12,962 bases of DNA from NCBI GenBank assembly GCA_038217285.1, contig JBBQPO010000177.1, positions 1-12,962 of the forward strand. Reading direction: 5' to 3'. The position numbers and the translations under genes are program-made. Every line of letters begins with the position of its first letter. Positions within the stretch are counted from its first letter, which is position 1. The notes beneath the pieces are model-generated. The model was not told the DNA's origin and made no database searches. It was given only the letters and a program-made list of their open reading frames with translations. This DNA comes from Chthonomonadales bacterium. GTDB taxonomy: Bacteria > Armatimonadota > Chthonomonadetes > Chthonomonadales > Chthonomonadaceae. Positions 5,963 through 12,962 of this stretch are shown one piece after another.

Positions 5963-8031
5963 TGGCGTTTTCTCTCAATCTGAATTCTTACGCTTGCTCT
6001 ACCGCCATACAGAAAGTCGCCATGGTAGAGCCGGTATACGCGGACGGTCGGGCTGCCATCTTCATCTCTTTCAAGAACGGCTAGTTTGTGATCCTCAAAG
6101 CGGGTTTCAATAGTTGAACCTTCATAGTACCGTTCAACAAGTCCGCTCTCGTGCGCCCACTGAAGCATGTGACGAGTCGTCACCGGGTGGTACTCGAACC
6201 GAAGTGCTAATTCTTCGAGCCATGCTCCGGTTAAGACCCATTGGTCGCCTTGTGACAAGGTCTGGTAGGCAATGATAGCCTCATTAGAGAATTGCTCGAC
6301 TGTAGGATGAATTCCGGTTATACAGATGCCTTTACCAGGGATTGTAAGCGCCAATATCGATATTTCGGACAGTACTTTATAGGCGTTAAAGGTACTTCGC
6401 CGCATATACGGAGCAGAATCCCACTCAGGAACACGTTGGTGTCTTGTCAATAATTCCATAAACTCGATGAAAGTCGGAATTCGCATAAGTAGAAGAGCGA
6501 TTCCGGAAATATTCAAGGTTGTTATGGCGGTTTGAAGATCGTCAAGCAGCGGTTCCTTGACCAATTCCTCGCCTCTCTTAATTAGAAAGCCTCCGGATCG
6601 AAGAAAGCTGGCATACTCCGTCAACGACGTGATACCTAGATTTTCTTTCGCTGTAGCTATGTTCATGGTCCCGTTCCGTGATAACTGTTCAACAAAGCGC
6701 AATAGCATCGGCACGGAGATTACCAAGCTACTGATTCTTTTGAATGCCAATACACTATGGGAAGGCATCGATGGCTCGGATACTGTGGCCTCTGTCTCAA
6801 CTACTATGTCCTCTTCAGCGGTTGCATGAATAAAACCTTTTTCAGCAATCGAATGAGTGGGCACAACTGGTGCGGTCCATCGGCACCACAAGAGGTTTTC
6901 TCTCGATTGGTACGGAAACCAGTGCAGATCGTCCGCCATCGCAGTGACCTGAAATTCGCCATCCTTATGAACCAGGCGTGCGCTCCCAAAGCATGTCGCG
7001 AGTTCCCAAAGAACGTCTGTCAGAGAAACGGTATACAGTTGCGTGGTGAATGGGTGAAAGAGAGTGCCTGTTAATTTTTTCCCGATGGGATTGGCTGTTT
7101 TCCGCGCATCGAAATAGATGGGCACCATTCCTTCTGCCAGGACCATTCGTGCAAGCCCCTGGTCGCTTGTCAGAACGCAGACTTTATGGTCTGGGCTGAG
7201 TTGCGCCTTGTGTTCCCGTGCCGACTCGAATACGAGGCGATCCGCAAGACTGCGCTGGACGACCGACAGACTCGTCTCGGTGATCTCTGAATCAGGCTTA
7301 AATATCGCGCGCAATGGGTCTGGCCCTACCATCGGACGTTCCACCTCGATGTCGGAATGCCATTCGAGCCTAAGAAGTGCTCGTTGTGTCCCCTGACTGT
7401 CCAAATGTTCAGAGAGACTATTGACCACGGATTGAAACGTCGGGCTCGATTTTCGGCGTAGACTGAGAAAGCGATCAGCCATATTAAGAATTTCAACAGG
7501 TACAACGGCAGGAACCTTGATTCGTGCCATTGGGTAAAGAAACCGACAGGCGAAGTCGAGGGCGCCTTGCTTTACCGCACTTGTATCAAGAATGAGCGTT
7601 GATGGGGTTCGGAAAGGCATATCACAAATTATGCCTGGGTCGAATATAGGTAGAAGCAGCAATAGCCTTCGTGTAATATCTTGTAGTGCCTCGAACAGAG
7701 CTTTCTCGGCCTTCCCAATCGCTGCCAATTCTTTGTCTGTGAATTTGCGAGAGCTGTGGTACAAGCAAGTCTTCAGGTCAGAACTGAGTTGATCAGTCGA
7801 TGGTAAGGTCCAAGAAAACTGGCCCGATCGAATTGCAGTGATGATCGGATCAGATTGAGTAAGCTCCCCAATAGTGGATGGGTGTAAGTCTATCGTACCA
7901 ACCGGTAACCACGGCGAAGCAGCAAAGCATTTGTCTTCGCTTACTTCGAGACGCAGAGTGCGGCAGTCACCTATAGTTGCAGCCAAAAGTGGAAAAGCCT
8001 CGGTTGGATTGCTTAAGGTATATTCTGTCAT
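5959..8031 (-). CDS. Large PIN-domain nuclease with putative C-terminal winged-helix-like domains (690 aa)
   Basis: PIN acidic quartet in canonical contexts: LILDTS (D149), VPAVVPVEI (E180), ADRLV (D264), VLTSDQGLA (D290). The C-terminal helix-helix-GLV/GFL-strand patterns resemble wHTH domains (inference). Confidence 0.75.
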   Translation of the reverse strand: MTEYTLSNPTEAFPLLAATIGDCRTLRLEVSEDKCFAASPWLPVGTIDLHPSTIGELTQSDPIITAIRSGQFSWTLPSTDQLSSDLKTCLYHSSRKFTDKELAAIGKAEKALFEALQDITRRLLLLLPIFDPGIICDMPFRTPSTLILDTSAVKQGALDFACRFLYPMARIKVPAVVPVEILNMADRFLSLRRKSSPTFQSVVNSLSEHLDSQGTQRALLRLEWHSDIEVERPMVGPDPLRAIFKPDSEITETSLSVVQRSLADRLVFESAREHKAQLSPDHKVCVLTSDQGLARMVLAEGMVPIYFDARKTANPIGKKLTGTLFHPFTTQLYTVSLTDVLWELATCFGSARLVHKDGEFQVTAMADDLHWFPYQSRENLLWCRWTAPVVPTHSIAEKGFIHATAEEDIVVETEATVSEPSMPSHSVLAFKRISSLVISVPMLLRFVEQLSRNGTMNIATAKENLGITSLTEYASFLRSGGFLIKRGEELVKEPLLDDLQTAITTLNISGIALLLMRIPTFIEFMELLTRHQRVPEWDSAPYMRRSTFNAYKVLSEISILALTIPGKGICITGIHPTVEQFSNEAIIAYQTLSQGDQWVLTGAWLEELALRFEYHPVTTRHMLQWAHESGLVERYYEGSTIETRFEDHKLAVLERDEDGSPTVRVYRLYHGDFLYGGRASVRIQIERKRQ

Positions 8032-8038
8032 TTCGTCT

Positions 8039-8491
8039 TTATCGAATCATAACCGATAGGCCCGGAACATTTCCAAAGACCTCAAGCAGCCAGTGCAGAT
8101 GGTGATACAAGGCTATGGTAGGCGAGCAACGGAGCGAAGAATCTTCATCGAAGTTGTCCGTCTGCACAGTGTCTGTCCAGTTACATGCTGTCTCTTCGTT
8201 GGTCAGCTGTTCCAACCGTTCGATAACTTCTGCCAATTTCCCGAAGTTCCTCTGTTGCGGCGACAGGCTAGCGGCGAAGGATGAAAATAGTAATGTCCGA
8301 AGTTCTGCACGAAGGGGTTCGTCGGTAATCCCAGCCAATACGTCTTGCTCAGGCGACCAGGAGTAGACGACCTCCTGTAGTTTGGCAGAAATAAAAGTCT
8401 GGGGATCTTCAGTAGTACCTACGGTCATGGGGTAATGTAGATCCCGATCAGATCGGAAGGGGTGCCAGACAGTGAGACGGAATGTGTTCAT
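8039..8491 (-). CDS. Hypothetical protein (~150 aa), first gene of the low-GC operon
   Basis: Open frame ending 7 nt before the PIN gene start. The ATG at 8491 is preceded by GAGGTGG; an alternative ATG lies at 8512. No recognisable motif. Confidence 0.7.
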   Translation of the reverse strand: MNTFRLTVWHPFRSDRDLHYPMTVGTTEDPQTFISAKLQEVVYSWSPEQDVLAGITDEPLRAELRTLLFSSFAASLSPQQRNFGKLAEVIERLEQLTNEETACNWTDTVQTDNFDEDSSLRCSPTIALYHHLHWLLEVFGNVPGLSVMIR

Positions 8492-8654
8492 TACCACCTC
8501 GGTTAGGTCCATTTAGGACAGGATTAGCGTTGATGGATATACTTTTCGCGAGAAGGCAATTGAAATCCTGCTCAATCATGTGCTTTCAGATCAATGCAGT
8601 TCTTGATACTGCCATCCCGAACCAGATATTCAGGATATGAAAGGCGTAGAGAAT

Positions 8655-10604
8655 CTAGCCACCGCCGCCGAAATCGGGAGTGGGTTCGGTGTCGTGGAGG
8701 CGTTGATTGGCGGTATCGAATTCGGGAAAACCGGCACCTTTTTCAATAGCGTCGCGCCACTTCGCGCGGGCCCCTTGTAGGTCACCTTGCTTTCGAAGAT
8801 CATCGCCGTCCTGAATCAGGCGTTGGGCATCCTGACGCCGCTGGGCAAGGAACGCATTCGGATCCTGTGCAGGAGCGACGGGAGGCGCGAAAGCGGGGTT
8901 GATCGGCGCACGGCTGTCGAGCTTGGAGGGGGGCTCCGGACCGATAGGGGCCGAATCGACGGCGTTGCGCTCATCCTGGGCACCGCTCTTGTCGCCAAGG
9001 CTCTGTTTGACGTTGGCGAGCTCGATATGGGCGGTCTGGTAGTCCGGCTGATACTGCAGGGCTCTGGCAAAGTCGTCGCGGGCCTCGCTTAGTTTGCCAT
9101 TGGTGCGCGCGGCACGGCCCAACTGCGTGTAGGTGTAGGCCAGGTTGGAGTTGAGAAGGGCGCGCTGCGCTGGCGTCGGGGCTGCGGTCAGAGCCTGCTC
9201 GTAGTCTTTGGCGGCGGTGACATAGTCCTGCGTATTGTAAGCCTGTTCGCCCTGCGTCATCAGGGCAGCGACCTGCTGCACCTGCGCGGTCTCCGTATAG
9301 CGGTTGAAACTCTTGAGGAAGAGCAGGACTCCCCCGGCGAGCAGCCCGCCGAGCAGCACCGCGACCCCGACGGAGACCAAAAACTGACGCGTTCCAGGCG
9401 AGAGTGTAAAGGGTGGCGCCTGCGGTTGAGCGGGGAAATTGGGGGCGGCATAGTGCGGCGGCACGTTCGCGGGATAGATCGTCTGCGGATACCCCTGCAC
9501 GGCCTGCGTCTGCGGATAGTGCGTGCCGCCGGAAACCTGCCCTGGGGCAGGAGTGCCGCCGTTGTTCCAGCCCCAGGGCAAGTTTCCGGCGGGAGCCTGA
9601 GGCGCAGGCGCGCCAACCGGCGCGTAGCCCGGCAGCGGGGGCACCGCGCCGTAGCCGCCACTGTAGCCTCCCGAAGGCGGACCCGGGGGCGGATAGGGCG
9701 TAGAGTTGCCTCCTCCTCCTCCACCGGCCCCATAATAGCTTCCCATGCCCGTCTGCCCCATGTGAGTCGGCTGGCGCGGCAGAAAAATGGCGGGCGTCTG
9801 CTCGGCGGCGCGCAGGTCGCGCTTCATCTGGTCGGCGGAGGCGGGGCGTTGATTCGGGTTTTTTGACAGGGCGTTCCGAACGACCTGTTCGAGTGCCGAC
9901 GGAAGGCCCGCGAGCGGCGGCGGCTCGGCGTTCATAATGGCGTAGGTGATCGCCACGACGCCGTCCCCCACGAACGGCTTGCGCCCCGCCAGCATCTCGT
10001 AGAGCACCACGCCCAGCGAGAACAGATCGGAGCGATGGTCCAGCCCGCGCCCCTCGATCTGTTCGGGAGACATGTAGCTGGGCGTTCCGAAGATTTGGCC
10101 GTCCGCCGTCAGGGCCGATTCATCGGAGAGGCGGGCGATGCCGAAGTCGGTCAGTTTGATCTGCCCACCGGGCAGGACATGGATATTGTCGGGCTTGATG
10201 TCGCGGTGGATGACTTTTTTGGAGTGCGCGTAGGCGAGCGCATCGAGGATCTGGCAGACCACCTCGATGGCTTCGCGCAGAGGGTAGGAGCCGCGCACCT
10301 GCATGGCGTCCCGGAGCGACTGGCCCTCCAGGTACTCCATCGCGATGAAGTAGCGGCCGTTCTCCTCTCCGAAGTCGAAAACGGAGACGATGTTGGGGTG
10401 ATCGAGGCGACCGGCGGCGCGGGCCTCGCGGTTGAACCGTTCGACACGGTCGCGCCGCGCCTGACCGGTGAGGCCGGGCACGAGGTTCAACTCTTTGATG
10501 GCGATCCGACGCCCCAGCGTGACGTCTGTCGCCTCATAGACGATATCGTTGCTGCGTGCAATCTCCCGCACAATCCGATATTTGCCTTTGATCGTATCCA
10601 CCAC
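8655..10604 (-). CDS. Hanks-type Ser/Thr protein kinase with one transmembrane helix and a C-terminal TPR region
   Basis: IAIK, HRDIKPDN, DFG, GTPSYMSPEQ and SDLFSLG motifs; G/P/Q/Y-rich linker; TM segment FLVSVGVAVLLGGLLAGGVLLFL; TPR helices. Probable GTG start at 10604 (or 10601) after GGAG at 10611-10614; the ORF extends to 10655. Confidence 0.92.
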   Translation of the reverse strand: MVDTIKGKYRIVREIARSNDIVYEATDVTLGRRIAIKELNLVPGLTGQARRDRVERFNREARAAGRLDHPNIVSVFDFGEENGRYFIAMEYLEGQSLRDAMQVRGSYPLREAIEVVCQILDALAYAHSKKVIHRDIKPDNIHVLPGGQIKLTDFGIARLSDESALTADGQIFGTPSYMSPEQIEGRGLDHRSDLFSLGVVLYEMLAGRKPFVGDGVVAITYAIMNAEPPPLAGLPSALEQVVRNALSKNPNQRPASADQMKRDLRAAEQTPAIFLPRQPTHMGQTGMGSYYGAGGGGGGNSTPYPPPGPPSGGYSGGYGAVPPLPGYAPVGAPAPQAPAGNLPWGWNNGGTPAPGQVSGGTHYPQTQAVQGYPQTIYPANVPPHYAAPNFPAQPQAPPFTLSPGTRQFLVSVGVAVLLGGLLAGGVLLFLKSFNRYTETAQVQQVAALMTQGEQAYNTQDYVTAAKDYEQALTAAPTPAQRALLNSNLAYTYTQLGRAARTNGKLSEARDDFARALQYQPDYQTAHIELANVKQSLGDKSGAQDERNAVDSAPIGPEPPSKLDSRAPINPAFAPPVAPAQDPNAFLAQRRQDAQRLIQDGDDLRKQGDLQGARAKWRDAIEKGAGFPEFDTANQRLHDTEPTPDFGGGG

Positions 10605-10718
10605 GTCGGTCTCCGGTTCGGGGAAGGCACAACGGCGTGGAGCGATACGCAACACGGCCTGCGCTCAGTTCACGGCAACCCTGCCTATTATACGCGATGC
10701 GGTGCGGAAATTGCACCG

Positions 10719-11732
10719 TTAGCCTCGACCGAACAGTTTCCGGAAGCCGGTCGCCGGGGCAGCCGATTGCGGTGGTTCGGCGGCAGGCTGAGCGCTCCCG
10801 CCATGCGTCAGAGACGCTTCGACGCCGTTCAGGGCGGCCTGCGGGGGTTCCGCGGTGCAGGGGCGAAGCTCGCGCACCGCGATCACGAACGCCGTGATAT
10901 TGTCCCGTCCGCCCCGCGCGTTGGCGAGTTCCAGAAACTGCCGGGCGGCTTCGGAAGGCGCATGGTTTCCGGCGATCTCGCGGATCTCGTCGTCCGCCAC
11001 ATAGCCGGTTAGCCCGTCCGAACAGAGCACCCAGACATCGCCGACGCGGGCCTGCTCCTCGAAGAACTCCGGCTCGACATTCGGCATCGCCCCGATGGAG
11101 CGTGTGATCACGTTGCGAAACGGAGACATCTCGGCGGCCTGACGGGTCATCAGTCCGGCGCGCACCTGCTCCTCCACCCACGAGTGGTCGAGCGTCACTT
11201 GCCGTACCGCGCCGTCCCGGATCAAATAGGCGCGGCTGTCGCCCACCTGCGCCACGACGACGCGATCCTCGATGAAGACCACACCGGTCAGGGTGGTGCC
11301 CATGCCGTTGCGCTCCGGGATCATCTGCGCCAGGCTGAAGATATAGTCGTTCGTGGCGACGATGGCGTCGTAGAGAGCATTGACGAGATCAGGAGCCGCG
11401 CTGTCGTAGTAGTTGGCAATGAGCTTCTTGAGCATCGTTTCGCTGGCGATCTGACCGGCCTGCGCCCCTCCGATGCCGTCCGCCACCGCGTAGAAACAGC
11501 CGCGCGCCGCCAGAATCCCCGGCGCTTCCGGCTCATAGAACTCAAACTTGTCCTCGTTGTTTTCGCGCACCTGCCCCATGTCGGTCTTGGCCGCGAACTT
11601 GACCACCGGCACGCAGCGCGGTATCACCGGCTCGTACTCCCGCCAGCCGCGCACAAGCTCGGCCCGGTCGAACTTCGCGGTCGGCTCCTGCCCATTGGGG
11701 GTGGCGAGGCTATAAACGTCGGTATCGCTCAT
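10719..11732 (-). CDS. PP2C/PPM-family Ser/Thr phosphatase (PrpC/Stp1-like)
   Basis: TDMGQVRENNED, VADGIGG, MGTT, VGDSRAY, TLDHS, RNVITRSIG, LCSDGL and GGRDNIT motifs. ATGA overlap with the FHA gene. Confidence 0.95.
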   Translation of the reverse strand: MSDTDVYSLATPNGQEPTAKFDRAELVRGWREYEPVIPRCVPVVKFAAKTDMGQVRENNEDKFEFYEPEAPGILAARGCFYAVADGIGGAQAGQIASETMLKKLIANYYDSAAPDLVNALYDAIVATNDYIFSLAQMIPERNGMGTTLTGVVFIEDRVVVAQVGDSRAYLIRDGAVRQVTLDHSWVEEQVRAGLMTRQAAEMSPFRNVITRSIGAMPNVEPEFFEEQARVGDVWVLCSDGLTGYVADDEIREIAGNHAPSEAARQFLELANARGGRDNITAFVIAVRELRPCTAEPPQAALNGVEASLTHGGSAQPAAEPPQSAAPATGFRKLFGRG

Positions 11733-12817
11733 TCCGCGTGGTTCTCCGGCAGGACAGAGGTTTCCAGTCCGGCGCCTTCGGCATAGGTGTCCGCTTCGGC
11801 GGTAGGCGGCTCGGTGGAAGCCGCGACGGGCGTGAAGCGATAGCGGGTCTGTCCGAGCTGCACCTCGTCGCCTTCCAGCAGCAGTTGGCGCTCGTCGATG
11901 ACCAGCCGCTGTCCGTTGACGAAGGTGCCGTTGGTGCTGCCTGTGTCGGTCAGATAGGTTCCCGTCGGGTCCGTCGTAATCTCCGCATGCCGCCCCGAGA
12001 TATAGGCGTCGCTGGGGAAGACGAGCGTGTTTCCGGCTCGTCGGCCAATCGTGATGGTCGTCGCCGTGATCGTGATGTCCGGCGACGGCCCCTGCTCGTT
12101 GTGCAGCATCGCGACAACCGGGCCAGCCGCCTCCGGCTCCAGCGGAGGCGGCGCGGGAACAGCGCCCTCCGCTCCGACAGGCGGGATGCCGACGATGGAC
12201 CGATCCTCTGTCGCAGGCGTTCCGACAATCGTCCTGTCGCTGAGGACGACCGTTTTGTCCGCCTCGCCCGCCGCTCCGCCGCCGATCTCCAGACGCGCCT
12301 GCCAGTTGCCGAACTTCAGCACGGTTCCCGCCGGCGCGCTCGTCGGCTGGTTCGCGCTGAGGCGCAGATCTCCTACCTTCGTGCCGTTGCTGCTGCCGAG
12401 GTCTTCCACCGTGACGCCGCCATTTTCGAGGGTGATCTGGGCGTGATTGCGCGAGATCGTCGCGTCGGTAATGAGCACGTCGGTACCCTGCCGTCCGACC
12501 GTGTTGACGCCGACATGCAGTCGGAAGCGCCGTCCGTCGGCCAGATCGATCAGTTCGGCGGGCCCTGCCTCCTGCGGAGGCAGGGCCGTCTCTTCCGGCG
12601 GAGCGGAGGTCAGCAGAAATCCGCAGTCGCCGCAGAACGGCTCCATAAGCGGCGTGACCGATTTGCAGACCAGGCAGCTCGTCGTGCCGCCCATCTGCGT
12701 CCGCATCGGGTCGCCCCCCATCTGCTGGGTCGGCATGCCGCCCCCCGGCACGACCATCGTCCGATCAGGAGACGGCGCGACCGCGCCCATGACTCGTGTT
12801 GCCTCGATGTTGCTCAT
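11729..12817 (-). CDS. Zinc-ribbon plus double FHA-domain protein
   Basis: CLVC ... CGDC zinc ribbon. FHA1: VGR ... ISRNHA ... DLGSSNGT. FHA2: IGR ... ISGRHA ... DTGSTNGTFVNG. Confidence 0.92.
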   Translation of the reverse strand: MSNIEATRVMGAVAPSPDRTMVVPGGGMPTQQMGGDPMRTQMGGTTSCLVCKSVTPLMEPFCGDCGFLLTSAPPEETALPPQEAGPAELIDLADGRRFRLHVGVNTVGRQGTDVLITDATISRNHAQITLENGGVTVEDLGSSNGTKVGDLRLSANQPTSAPAGTVLKFGNWQARLEIGGGAAGEADKTVVLSDRTIVGTPATEDRSIVGIPPVGAEGAVPAPPPLEPEAAGPVVAMLHNEQGPSPDITITATTITIGRRAGNTLVFPSDAYISGRHAEITTDPTGTYLTDTGSTNGTFVNGQRLVIDERQLLLEGDEVQLGQTRYRFTPVAASTEPPTAEADTYAEGAGLETSVLPENHAE

Positions 12818-12829
12818 GGCTCTTCTCCC

Positions 12830-12962
12830 CTACCGCTTGCCCTGATCCAGGTTCAGCATGGTTCCCATCAGTGTCTTTTCCGCATTCCCACCCGACTGGA
12901 GCGCCTGGATCGCCAGTGTGACCTCCTGCGCTTTGCCGGACTGGCCCGCCTGCATCAGCACG
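12830..12962 (-). CDS. 3' end of an upstream gene (partial), possibly the helical C-terminus of a vWA-domain protein
   Basis: Frame 12961-12830 reads VLMQAGQSGKAQEVTLAIQALQSGGNAEKTLMGTMLNLDQGKR*, stopping 12 nt before the FHA gene start. The vWA identity is only a guess from its context with FHA/PP2C/kinase genes. Confidence 0.6.
   Translation of the reverse strand, partial: VLMQAGQSGKAQEVTLAIQALQSGGNAEKTLMGTMLNLDQGKR

Larger units (their letters stand above)
4430..8654. other. Horizontally acquired low-GC accessory island (defence-like cargo, no integrase or transposase seen)
   Basis: Hand-counted 60-nt lines inside give about 43-62% GC, versus about 73% for a line in GT4. It interrupts a co-oriented host gene run and contains a TA remnant and a duplication scar. 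Boundaries are approximate. Confidence 0.7.

Noticed and set aside
4430-8654. Island as an autonomous mobile element
   Set aside because: No integrase or transposase, no terminal inverted repeats, and I found no matching att-like repeat at the 8513-8654 end.
9400-9790. Low-complexity G/P/Q/Y-rich repeats
   Set aside because: Explained as the disordered juxtamembrane linker of the kinase.
10035-11786. Long plus-strand ORFs (325 aa and 200 aa)
   Set aside because: Antisense to the kinase and PP2C genes; typical high-GC shadow frames.
876-12817. Hcp plus FHA/PP2C/kinase as a T6SS cluster (Fha/PppA/PpkA-like)
   Set aside because: They are on opposite strands, more than 7 kb apart and separated by housekeeping genes, with no T6SS structural genes in the window.

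Overview
GC-rich bacterial window; the gene content resembles Armatimonadota, which is inference only. The left end carries a + strand pair: a Tat-signal three-blade Kelch protein and an orphan Hcp-family tube protein, followed by a perfect 16-bp hairpin. The rest is one co-oriented minus-strand run. It starts with a Ser/Thr signalling cluster (partial upstream ORF, Zn-ribbon/double-FHA protein, PP2C phosphatase, membrane TPR kinase) and ends with housekeeping genes (GT4 glycosyltransferase, Trm112-like protein, aroQ, double-domain aspartyl protease). Between them is a lower-GC insert (about 4430-8650). The insert holds a tightly coupled three-gene operon: a ~150-aa unknown protein, a 690-aa PIN-nuclease/winged-helix-like protein and a BrxD/DUF2791-like P-loop ATPase. 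I do not recognise this as a named system, and it is the best candidate for an undescribed anti-phage defence module. Next to it are an intact small antitoxin-like gene, a truncated PemK/MazF toxin missed by the ORF track, and a 46-bp stray copy of the GT4 coding sequence marking a recombination scar.
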